From NCBI GenBank assembly GCA_030425825.1, contig JAUHZY010000001.1:512551-576550 (forward strand): 64,000 bases of DNA, in the 5' to 3' direction. Below, in pieces: positions 20,189 to 28,040 of this stretch (the first letter of the stretch is position 1; every line of letters begins with the position of its first letter). The translations under genes were made by a program, and so were the position numbers. The stretch is from Alphaproteobacteria bacterium. GTDB taxonomy: Bacteria; Pseudomonadota; Alphaproteobacteria; JAUHZY01. Under the pieces are notes generated by a model, which saw nothing but the letters and a program-made list of their open reading frames with translations, had not been told where the DNA came from and did not search any database.

Positions 20189-21649
20189 TTATAGACCTTG
20201 TAGTAATTGTAAAATAGCATTCTCGTGTTGCGCAGCAAATGACAGGTTATTGATTTGCAGCTGACTGCGTGTTTGAAGTGATAGGTTGTTGGCTGCTTCT
20301 TCTTCTAAATCGGCAAGAGTCAGTTTGTCACCGGCTTCCAGGTTGACGTTAGACACCTGGTCAGCAAACGAAAAGCGATTTTGCAAAATGCCATAATCAG
20401 ACACAAAATAAGCTTCTGCTGCATCAATACGGTCAAGCGCACCATTAATTTGATTCAATGTCGTTTGTATGTTTGCATCTGTAAAATCGACAGTCCGTAA
20501 AGATAAAATCACAGTGCGTAAATCAAAATTATCAATAAGGTGGTTCGTATCTTTGCTAAGTCGTATATCAATGTGATCCTCGTACTCAAGCGAAGCATCA
20601 ACAATGTCGGGGTTTCCATAGGCCGCAATATAGTTGTCAGGAACATTCCCTGCCATGTCTACATATCCATTGGGCAGATCGCCACGAAATGCTGCAACCA
20701 AGTTGTTTGCTTGTGAATGTTCTGGTGCATCAAGAATATTACCACCATTATAAAGCTCTGTAATCTCAGCAGGCGTAAGGTCGGTTGAAAACAGATCAAC
20801 TTCGGGAATTGTTCCCATATGGCGTCTTGTCGCTTGCGTCGTGCTCATGCCTGTCATTTCTGTGCTTATGCCCGCGCCGGCAGGGATAACTTGGGGCGCG
20901 CCAACCTGGACACCATTACGGTAATAAGTAACTGTGGCACCATTTCTAACAAAGCTCATCATATGTAGGTTGCCATCATCCACGCCAACATCATTGGGGA
21001 AAACAACAAAGCTTGATCCGCCGTTAGCTCTGTAATAAATATCATCGCCGGCCATATAAATAAGATAGCCGTTAGCGTTGTTGTTAGATAAAGGGTAGGA
21101 TTGGTTTGCAGCATTAGGCTCATACGACATCCACATATTGACAGTGTTTGTTGTCCCTAAGTCAATCGGATTGCCGCCATTGTTATCCACACGCACATAG
21201 TCATCAACGCCATCATATTGTGGGCCACCAACATCGTCTGTTAAAAGGTTTATGCCATCTTTGTTTGAATCAAGTAAAATATCATCATATTCACGCAGCA
21301 ATTTGTTCGCATCAGGTTCTAGCAGTACAGCATCAGCTTCGCTGAGATTAAGCGCTTGTGTTGCTAGCCCTTTTACAGCTTCCATCACAGTTCTTGCTGC
21401 GGTAATGCCATTTTGTGTGACTTGTAATGTTGAAATGCCTTGGCCGATAGCGTCTTTGCGGCTCAGCATAAAGCTGGATGTATCGTATTGTGTCTCTGAC
21501 AAAAAATAGGCAGGGGCGTTGTCTAGAACCTCTGCAACTTTTTTTCCTGTCGCAAGACGTGCATCAGTTCTGTCGATATATTGTTGTGTTCTTCGAAGGG
21601 CAATTAGTGCGTTACGAGATGCCTCACTTAATCTGATTGAATCAACCAT
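20189..21649 (-). CDS. fliC: flagellin with a LamG_3 (concanavalin-like) module replacing the hypervariable domain
   Basis: Flagellin N-terminus (NALIALRRTQ...RLATGKKV...DNAPAY) and C-terminus (LTLADLEEEAANNLSLQTRSQLQINNLSFAAQHENAILQLLQGL). The central segment YDGVDDYVRVDNNGG...NTVNMWMSY...LHMMSFVRNGATVTYYRNGV...FSTDLTPAEITELYNGGNILDAPEHSQANNLVAAFRGD is homologous to RTX residues FDEVDDYIRLDGG...AQFRDG. GAGG RBS. Confidence 0.8.
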   Translation of the reverse strand: MVDSIRLSEASRNALIALRRTQQYIDRTDARLATGKKVAEVLDNAPAYFLSETQYDTSSFMLSRKDAIGQGISTLQVTQNGITAARTVMEAVKGLATQALNLSEADAVLLEPDANKLLREYDDILLDSNKDGINLLTDDVGGPQYDGVDDYVRVDNNGGNPIDLGTTNTVNMWMSYEPNAANQSYPLSNNNANGYLIYMAGDDIYYRANGGSSFVVFPNDVGVDDGNLHMMSFVRNGATVTYYRNGVQVGAPQVIPAGAGISTEMTGMSTTQATRRHMGTIPEVDLFSTDLTPAEITELYNGGNILDAPEHSQANNLVAAFRGDLPNGYVDMAGNVPDNYIAAYGNPDIVDASLEYEDHIDIRLSKDTNHLIDNFDLRTVILSLRTVDFTDANIQTTLNQINGALDRIDAAEAYFVSDYGILQNRFSFADQVSNVNLEAGDKLTLADLEEEAANNLSLQTRSQLQINNLSFAAQHENAILQLLQGL

Positions 21650-21694
21650 TTAAACCTCGTCTAAAATAAATCAAAATATACCTTGTGTCTGTCA

Positions 21695-21710
21695 TGCATA
21701 TTTTGTGCCA
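21695..21710 (-). promoter_or_regulatory. sigma-54 type promoter (-24/-12) for fliC1
   Basis: Minus-strand sequence TTGGCACaaaatATGCA matches TGGCAC-N5-TTGCA, about 45 bp upstream of the fliC1 ATG. Confidence 0.45.
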
Positions 21711-21756
21711 AAGTTTCTTATGTGTTTTATGCGTTATCTTGTTTGGAAGAGGGCGC

Positions 21757-23238
21757 TTATGACCTGCCCCCAAACAAGATATCAATCAAGTTCTGTATTG
21801 ATCGGTTTGAGTTCGTCATTGAGAAAATGCTCAATTGCTCACGTGTCTCAAGAGCCAATCTATTCGCAGATTCTTCTTCTAAATCTGCCAGCGTCAGTTT
21901 ATCGCCTGCTTCTTCATGCGTGTTGATCAGATCTTCTGTGAACTCAAGGCGGGTTTGTAATAATGCAAAGTCTGTTGCAAAGCTGGCAGCAGTGCTGTCA
22001 ATCCTATTCAGGGCAGCGTCAAGTCCATCAAGTGTGGCGTCTAAACCTGCGGAAGAAAAATCAACACCCACAATCCCTAATGAGAAAGTTCGCATATCAA
22101 CAGAGTGAATTGTGTGTGTTGTGTTGTCACTAAAATCAACGATCAGATCTTCTGCATACTCACCTGCTGTCGGCGCATCTGTGTTGGCCCAGAAATCAGA
22201 TAAGTTTGCATTTTGAATCGTGCCATCATTTCCATTTCCTGAGCTGTCATATGCTGTCGTACCATTTCCTTCGTCTAATGGCCAATAACCTTCTAGGCTG
22301 GATCCTGGAATAGCGCCACTGGTGTAAAGTGTTGCGACTTCTGATGGTGTAAGCGCTTCATTCCAGAGGCCTGTATTGGACATAGACCCCTCAAAAAATG
22401 GCCCGCCTGGCTTCAAGGCACCAATTGTCATATCAACAGTGGGATTGTGCATTGATGTAATGGGGTCATCGTCGTTCATAACAACAGCAGCCTCTGCGCC
22501 ATCAACATACAATCTTAAGTCACCATTATCCCAAGTGAAGCCTACATGGTGCCAATTGCCGTCATTAATAGGAACGGTTGTCTCATAGTTCTTGCTTGTT
22601 CCATAAGTGCCATCACCACTAATCAAGACATTAAGCTCACCAGATGCTGTCAGGCCTAGATAAAATCCTCTTTGATTTCCACCTTGTTCATAATGGCCTG
22701 TCATATATGATGATGTGTCTGTTGTTTGTACCCAAGTAAAGTTTGATAAATCGGTTAAGCTATGGCCAATATCTCCAACGTTTATGTGATCATTTACTCC
22801 ATCAAATGTTGCGACAAAATCTTCTTCAACAAGTAAGTTTGTGCCGTTCATATGCGTATCAGCAATAAGGTTGTTATACTCACCCAGTAGTTTATTAGCT
22901 TGCGCTTCTAGGATGGTTCTCTGTGCTGCAGATGCATTGCGCGCTTCTTCAGCCAGACCCTTGACCTGCTCAATGATGGCGCGACCACTGGTCAGGCCAT
23001 GCTGCGTTGCTTTCAACGTACTGATCGCTTGATCAATATCGTCTTTGCGTTTCAGTAGGCTATCCGCCTTGTCATAAAGGCCCTTCGCTTTGAAGTACTC
23101 AACAGGACCGTCCAGAATGTCGTTGACCTTCTTACCTGTCGCCAGGCGCTTCTCAACAGTCGCTGTCAGATCCTTGATCTGTTGATGGTTCAACAAGCTG
23201 TTTCTCATCGCGGAAGTGAGCTTAATGTCATTGATCAT
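21757..23238 (-). CDS. fliC: flagellin with a LamG_3 module replacing the hypervariable domain
   Basis: Start MINDIKLTSAMRNSLLNHQQ preceded by a GGAGGTGGG RBS. The ORF-track start at 23292 lacks an RBS. Flagellin N and C termini (LTLADLEEESANRLALETREQLSI). The insert FDGVNDHINVGD...LYVDGAEA...LEGYWPLDEGNGTTAYDSSGNGNDGT is homologous to the first LamG module of the RTX protein. Confidence 0.8.
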   Translation of the reverse strand: MINDIKLTSAMRNSLLNHQQIKDLTATVEKRLATGKKVNDILDGPVEYFKAKGLYDKADSLLKRKDDIDQAISTLKATQHGLTSGRAIIEQVKGLAEEARNASAAQRTILEAQANKLLGEYNNLIADTHMNGTNLLVEEDFVATFDGVNDHINVGDIGHSLTDLSNFTWVQTTDTSSYMTGHYEQGGNQRGFYLGLTASGELNVLISGDGTYGTSKNYETTVPINDGNWHHVGFTWDNGDLRLYVDGAEAAVVMNDDDPITSMHNPTVDMTIGALKPGGPFFEGSMSNTGLWNEALTPSEVATLYTSGAIPGSSLEGYWPLDEGNGTTAYDSSGNGNDGTIQNANLSDFWANTDAPTAGEYAEDLIVDFSDNTTHTIHSVDMRTFSLGIVGVDFSSAGLDATLDGLDAALNRIDSTAASFATDFALLQTRLEFTEDLINTHEEAGDKLTLADLEEESANRLALETREQLSIFSMTNSNRSIQNLIDILFGGRS

Positions 23239-23470
23239 GACCCACCTCCATATGCTAGAGCAACATCTCGCGATGAGCTTATGATACGCCACGCGCTACG
23301 CGCTTCGGCTATGAGGGCGGAAGTGAGCTTAATGTCATTGATCATGACCCACCTCCATACGTTAGAGCAACATCTCGCGATGAGATGATGATACGCCACG
23401 CGCTACGCGCTTCGGCTATGAGGGCGGAAGTGAGTTTAATGTCATTGATCATGACCCACCTCCATATGTT
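23205..23470. repeat. tandem direct repeat of about 107 bp x3 (about 2.5 copies), spanning the fliC2 RBS, start codon and first 8 codons
   Basis: gcggaagtgagcttaatgtcattgatcatgacccacctccatatg...cgcttcggctatgagg recurs starting at 23211, 23318 and 23424 with a few substitutions. Confidence 0.85.
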
Positions 23471-23811
23471 GTGTGCAGACACAAAACAGTACGCAGGAGC
23501 AAGCCCATGGCATCTGCCATGTTCTCTTTCCTTCTAAACTGTCTTGCGCACATCTTCAGCACGTTATTCTCCAATTTTCTGCACGAGATCTACCAACTAG
23601 AACTCGATACCGAGTTCTATTCAGAAGCAGTGCCAAAATGCATTTTTGGGTGTTTTTTTTGGTGTGCAGAAAAATGGGAAAATGTATTTGTGGATTTTAA
23701 TGCAACATCACGTGTGGCTTTGATGTGCTATGTAGATTTATTTTCTGATGGTTGTTTTTCAATTGCACGCTAGTTGCGTGTGCCGCTGTAAGGGGGCGCT
23801 GCGTGTTATTT

Positions 23812-24519
23812 TTATAGATAGCTGAATTGGGCGATAATACGTCCTTTGACCTGAATATTTTCAGGTGTACAGCAGTAATCTTCATAATTTGGGTTGTTGC
23901 AAGAAACCTTAAGGGTGCTAGATGATTGGTTTGTTAGAAGTTCTAGGCGCTTTATACGATAACCAACATCATCCCAAACAAGAAAAAAACCAGGAGGGCT
24001 GGGCTGGCAGTTAAGCGTATCAACCAACACCTTTGTACCCAAGGGAAGCTGAGGCGACATGCCGTCATCTCGGACTGTCATCATAAATAAGTACTTTAGG
24101 CTTGTCTTCGTTCTATTTTCAATAAAGTTAAGAGGAAGTTGCCAGTGGTTCACAGCATTGCAAGAGGGGTCTTCTAGATCAGAAAAATCGTTGATTTCCT
24201 GGATGGTTATCATTTTCTGATAAGGGTTTTCAAAGGCAACAGCCTCTTCACGAACAGCATTGTTGTTGGCTTCAAAATAGCTGGTGCTAATATTAATGCC
24301 TGCATGATGCATGACATCTGGAATGGAGGCGTCTATAAAAGCAGCGATAGAGCCCATTTCATGTAAGCGCAATTGTCGGTTGCCTTTAAGCATTCGAGAG
24401 ACTGCAGATGGTTCTATGTTGAGGTGTTTCGCAAGGTCAGCCTGTGTTTTACCTTGGTTTTTCAGTTTTGTTTTAAACCATCTTGCGTCCATAAAAACTT
24501 CCCATGATTTGTTGCTCAT
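23812..24519 (-). CDS. cI/LexA-like repressor: N-terminal XRE HTH plus C-terminal S24 peptidase domain
   Basis: GKTQADLAKHLNIEPSAVSRMLKG (HTH). The C-terminal GMSPQLPLGTKVLVD...VGYRIKRL pattern is typical of S24 self-cleaving repressors. The start may instead be at 24492 (MDARWF). Confidence 0.7.
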   Translation of the reverse strand: MSNKSWEVFMDARWFKTKLKNQGKTQADLAKHLNIEPSAVSRMLKGNRQLRLHEMGSIAAFIDASIPDVMHHAGINISTSYFEANNNAVREEAVAFENPYQKMITIQEINDFSDLEDPSCNAVNHWQLPLNFIENRTKTSLKYLFMMTVRDDGMSPQLPLGTKVLVDTLNCQPSPPGFFLVWDDVGYRIKRLELLTNQSSSTLKVSCNNPNYEDYCCTPENIQVKGRIIAQFSYL

Positions 24520-24742
24520 TCACCATTCTGTGCCGCAAGAAAAGGCACAAAACAATCCTCTGCATTCTTATTTCGCCATGGCTAACAAAAAAAAGATTTA
24601 TACAGACTAGCAATAAAGCAAGCTGATAAACAAGAAGGAATTGTTTTTTCTGCCTTTTTAGGGGGGGGAGAGTTATTACACTTCGCTAGGACGTGATAAT
24701 AAAGGAATTTAGGCTTCGCATAAAGTCTGTGTGTAGGCAGCG

Positions 24743-26476
24743 TTAGAACTTATACGTCAAACCCATAGAAAAGACTGGGTATATATCAGCGCCAGCAATA
24801 TCTTCTTCGATTTTTGCTTCTTCAGCTGCCAAGCTTGCTTGGAAAGTTGGATCATTTGCGGCTGTTCCGTTGCTTGTGAAGGCAATATCAGCAGAGCCGC
24901 TGAACAAAACCCCAAGGCGACTGTTAAAGCTAAGCCCTGTGCCAAGAATGCCATTGTCATAAAATGTTGAGTCAAAGCCAACGCCAACATATGGCGCAAA
25001 GTCATCAAAGCTTGCTTTGCCGTTTAAGGTGCCAACTTCTGATGCTGTATAAATTGTGCCACCCAGGTCGTATGTGCTGCTTGGGTCGGATATTAAGGTT
25101 GCTTCATTGCCGTTCCAGTAAATTCCTGCAGACATGTTAAACCCTGATTTAAAGGGATGCCACTCTGCCACGACACCAAGGTTAGAAAGGTCTAGATCCA
25201 AGTCGTAATCGACATCATCATAAGATTCGCTCATTGAGTGGCTAAATGCGTTTGCACCTGCGCGTAAAACCCACCTTGGACTGATATGTGCCATCAAGTC
25301 ACCACCAGCGCCGAGCGTTCCCACTGAAAGTGCTAGGGCATAACGTGTGTCGAAGTCTTCATCGCTTTCGCCATACTCAACGAATTTAACATCTTCTGTT
25401 TCATACTCATATTTCTTAATGCTTAACTGAGCGTGCTTTGGAATATGGTCTAGGCTTTGAACCTTTTTCACACGTCCCTGTGCATCACGGTAAAACTCAT
25501 GACGACCTTGCCCTTCTTTGCTGGGCATCAAAACAGGCTGTGAAGGTAATTGGCGAGAAGGCTGCAACATGGGCGCATAAGCAGGATGCATGGCCACGGG
25601 AGGGGCATAACCTGGGCGCATTTGATGAAATTGACCGCCATACATGTCAGTTTGTGGCGGCATTTGTTGTTGTGGTTGAGATTGCCTTTGTTGATAAGGG
25701 TCTTGTCGATAACCATAATCTATCTGCGGCTGTTGGGCGCGATGCTGTGTCACATCTTGGACGATTTGTGTCGTGTTCATTGGTTGATCAGACGCACCTT
25801 GCTTTTTCCATGCAGGCTTTGCTGATTCGACATACTGATTTTGAGGTTGGTAAGAGGGCTTTTGGCGTACTTGCAGCGGTGATCCCGTATTCATTTGATG
25901 CATAGGTGGGTTTCCTGACATTGCATCTGGACGCTGTAATCTTTGGTCGCGTTGCTCAACAGCTCTGTTCATCCAGTTTTTACGCTGCGTAGGCGGCACA
26001 TAAAAAGGTTTTTGAGATGTGTTTGTGCGCTCAGAAAATCTTAAATTATTAGATGAGGATGATCTTTTAAACTCTTGAAATTCTTGTCGACTTCTCTCGA
26101 TATAGCTGTCCACTTTTCTTTGAGGTGAAGTGTTTGAAGCAAGTGCCGTATTCGCAGATGAGTACGGCACTTTATTAGGGCGCTCAGATATGGGCAGTGT
26201 GTTAGAAGCATCTGGGCGCGCCGAATATGTTTGTATGTTTTTTTGATAGCTAGGCGTTGGATAGCCTGTGTTATATCCTTGTGCTGTGGCGATATCATCA
26301 CAAACCAATAAAAGGAAAAAAGCGATAGCAACAACTCTGGAAATGCTTATTCCAGCAGAAGATATTCTTTTAAGCTGTTGAAGTTTAAGGAACAAATTGA
26401 TCTCCAAGAAATAAGAGGCATGCGATATGAAATTCTGGATGAGAAAGAAGATACTAAAAAACCGACCTTTAGGCAA
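24743..26476 (-). CDS. secreted outer-membrane beta-barrel protein with a long P/Q-rich linker
   Basis: C-terminal alternating beta pattern ending GLTYKF with a terminal Phe. The signal-peptide-like segment KRISSAGISISRVVAIAFFLLLVCDDIATAQG is internal to the ORF-track model, so the likely start is a TTG near 26395 with a GGAG RBS. Q/P-rich middle region. Confidence 0.5.
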   Translation of the reverse strand: MPKGRFFSIFFLIQNFISHASYFLEINLFLKLQQLKRISSAGISISRVVAIAFFLLLVCDDIATAQGYNTGYPTPSYQKNIQTYSARPDASNTLPISERPNKVPYSSANTALASNTSPQRKVDSYIERSRQEFQEFKRSSSSNNLRFSERTNTSQKPFYVPPTQRKNWMNRAVEQRDQRLQRPDAMSGNPPMHQMNTGSPLQVRQKPSYQPQNQYVESAKPAWKKQGASDQPMNTTQIVQDVTQHRAQQPQIDYGYRQDPYQQRQSQPQQQMPPQTDMYGGQFHQMRPGYAPPVAMHPAYAPMLQPSRQLPSQPVLMPSKEGQGRHEFYRDAQGRVKKVQSLDHIPKHAQLSIKKYEYETEDVKFVEYGESDEDFDTRYALALSVGTLGAGGDLMAHISPRWVLRAGANAFSHSMSESYDDVDYDLDLDLSNLGVVAEWHPFKSGFNMSAGIYWNGNEATLISDPSSTYDLGGTIYTASEVGTLNGKASFDDFAPYVGVGFDSTFYDNGILGTGLSFNSRLGVLFSGSADIAFTSNGTAANDPTFQASLAAEEAKIEEDIAGADIYPVFSMGLTYKF

Positions 26477-26512
26477 TCTGTTTTTCCAGACAATGCCGCA
26501 TCAAGATAACCC

Positions 26513-27085
26513 TTAACGTCCGTATTTCTGAATAAACCCCTCTGCTTGCATGATTTTATGATATTGTGAAGGGGAAAGATTATTGTAATTCAATTGTATA
26601 TCAATGTTTTCAATGCCGCTGTTAGTGTACTCGGTGTATTTTGTTGGTAGCATAGACCCAGATTCGTACTCCACTTCGATTAAACTGTCGACAGTTGATA
26701 GAAGGAGATGTCCTGAATCAAGCTCTTGAAAGTTACCAATTTCTAAACGGTAAAGCGTATAATGTTCATCAGAGCTGTTGCCTTGAATCTCAATCAGGCT
26801 TTTTCTTCGCATCACACCATTTGTTGTATCAAATTTAGAAAATCGAAAGAAATCTTCTTTCTGACCATCGCTTTCGGTAATGCTTGTCTTTGAATCTTGG
26901 CAAGAGTCTAAGAGAGATTTTTCAAAAGGGCGTATAGAGGAAGCATTGTCGCTAACGCTTTGAGAGCTTTCAGAAACAAGCTTGGAAGCATTGCAGCCCA
27001 TCATTAGAATGATGCTTGTCAGGCCACCCCATAATATTGATGTATATTTCATTTTCGCACCTTTTTTCTTTTTTAATAGCATCAA
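26513..27085 (-). CDS. putative lipoprotein
   Basis: MKYTSILWGGLTSIILMMGC has lipobox LMMGC. The likely start is the Met at 27052. Confidence 0.5.
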   Translation of the reverse strand: MMLLKKKKGAKMKYTSILWGGLTSIILMMGCNASKLVSESSQSVSDNASSIRPFEKSLLDSCQDSKTSITESDGQKEDFFRFSKFDTTNGVMRRKSLIEIQGNSSDEHYTLYRLEIGNFQELDSGHLLLSTVDSLIEVEYESGSMLPTKYTEYTNSGIENIDIQLNYNNLSPSQYHKIMQAEGFIQKYGR

Positions 27086-27317
27086 TAATCCTATATGGCA
27101 ACAATTTTGACTTGTTTTACTGCCTTATGATAGGGGTGCGCTTTGTTTAACCGCGTTAATAGATATTTCCTTGAAGGTTTATATAAAACAAGCAGACCAA
27201 AAAATCACAAAAGTTAATGTGCTTAAAAAATAGTCATATTATCTCTTTTCCTATTCCGAGAAATATGTTATAGTCCATGACCCATATTGGTTAAAAGATG
27301 TTTGAGAGAGAGTTTTT

Positions 27318-27989
27318 ATGGAACAAGACGAGCCACTAACAGAAAAAGAGATGCGTAAACTCATGCGCCTTTTAACACGCCTTAACAAACCTAAGAAAAA
27401 AGAACCGGCATTATCAAAAAAAGAGATGCGTAAGCTAAATCATCTTTTGGCATCATACCGCAGGCTTGAAACCTCTTTGGTCGCAGGTAAGTATGGGGTT
27501 GCGCCAATCAAATCTCTGCACCCAAAAGCAATTATAGGGTCTTTGGACAATGTTTTTCCTTTTTTAATTCATGGTAGGGAAAAAGCACAAGATTTACGCC
27601 AGGGTCACTTTAAGGGCGCTTTTCATGCTATAGAGGTATCCCATCCTAACCTTGTAACCGTAATGATCGATTCGCTGAAGCGTACAAACTATGAGGGGCT
27701 TGCAAGAATGTTAGCGCTGTCTTTAAATATAGATCGCCGAGGACAGCGTGAAAAAACAGTTGAGGCTTTGAAGGGAGCCTTGGCAAAGAGTGAAGGATGG
27801 AATAAAGAAAGCAAAGCGGCTGTGCAAGCAGGATTATTTCACTACCATAATAACCACAAAAAAATAAAAGTTAGAGACTTGCCGGCAGATAAGTCAGAGG
27901 TAACGATCAGCGAAGAAGCTGAAATGACAGGTGTTAAAGTTGAAGCTTCTCTTGTCGTTGGTGATAAAAAGAATACGCGTACACATTAA
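27318..27989 (+). CDS. hypothetical protein (223 aa)
   Basis: ORF only. Confidence 0.45.
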   Translation: MEQDEPLTEKEMRKLMRLLTRLNKPKKKEPALSKKEMRKLNHLLASYRRLETSLVAGKYGVAPIKSLHPKAIIGSLDNVFPFLIHGREKAQDLRQGHFKGAFHAIEVSHPNLVTVMIDSLKRTNYEGLARMLALSLNIDRRGQREKTVEALKGALAKSEGWNKESKAAVQAGLFHYHNNHKKIKVRDLPADKSEVTISEEAEMTGVKVEASLVVGDKKNTRTH

Positions 27990-28040
27990 CTGTATTGCGT
28001 AAGTAAAATAAACATAAAAACATTAAATGGCACAAAATAA

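Noticed and set aside
21683-22108. 141-aa plus-strand ORF overlapping the fliC1 promoter and fliC2 3' end
   Set aside because: Antisense to fliC2. No independent support.
23182-23388. 68-aa plus-strand ORF spanning the 107-bp tandem repeats
   Set aside because: Generated by the repeat periodicity on the strand opposite the flagellin start. The repeat-derived leader ORFs on the minus strand are the more plausible coding reading.
25438-25905. 155-aa plus-strand ORF within the outer-membrane protein gene
   Set aside because: Antisense to the P/Q-rich region of a CDS that has a canonical OMP C-terminus. Codon-bias artefact of the repetitive region.
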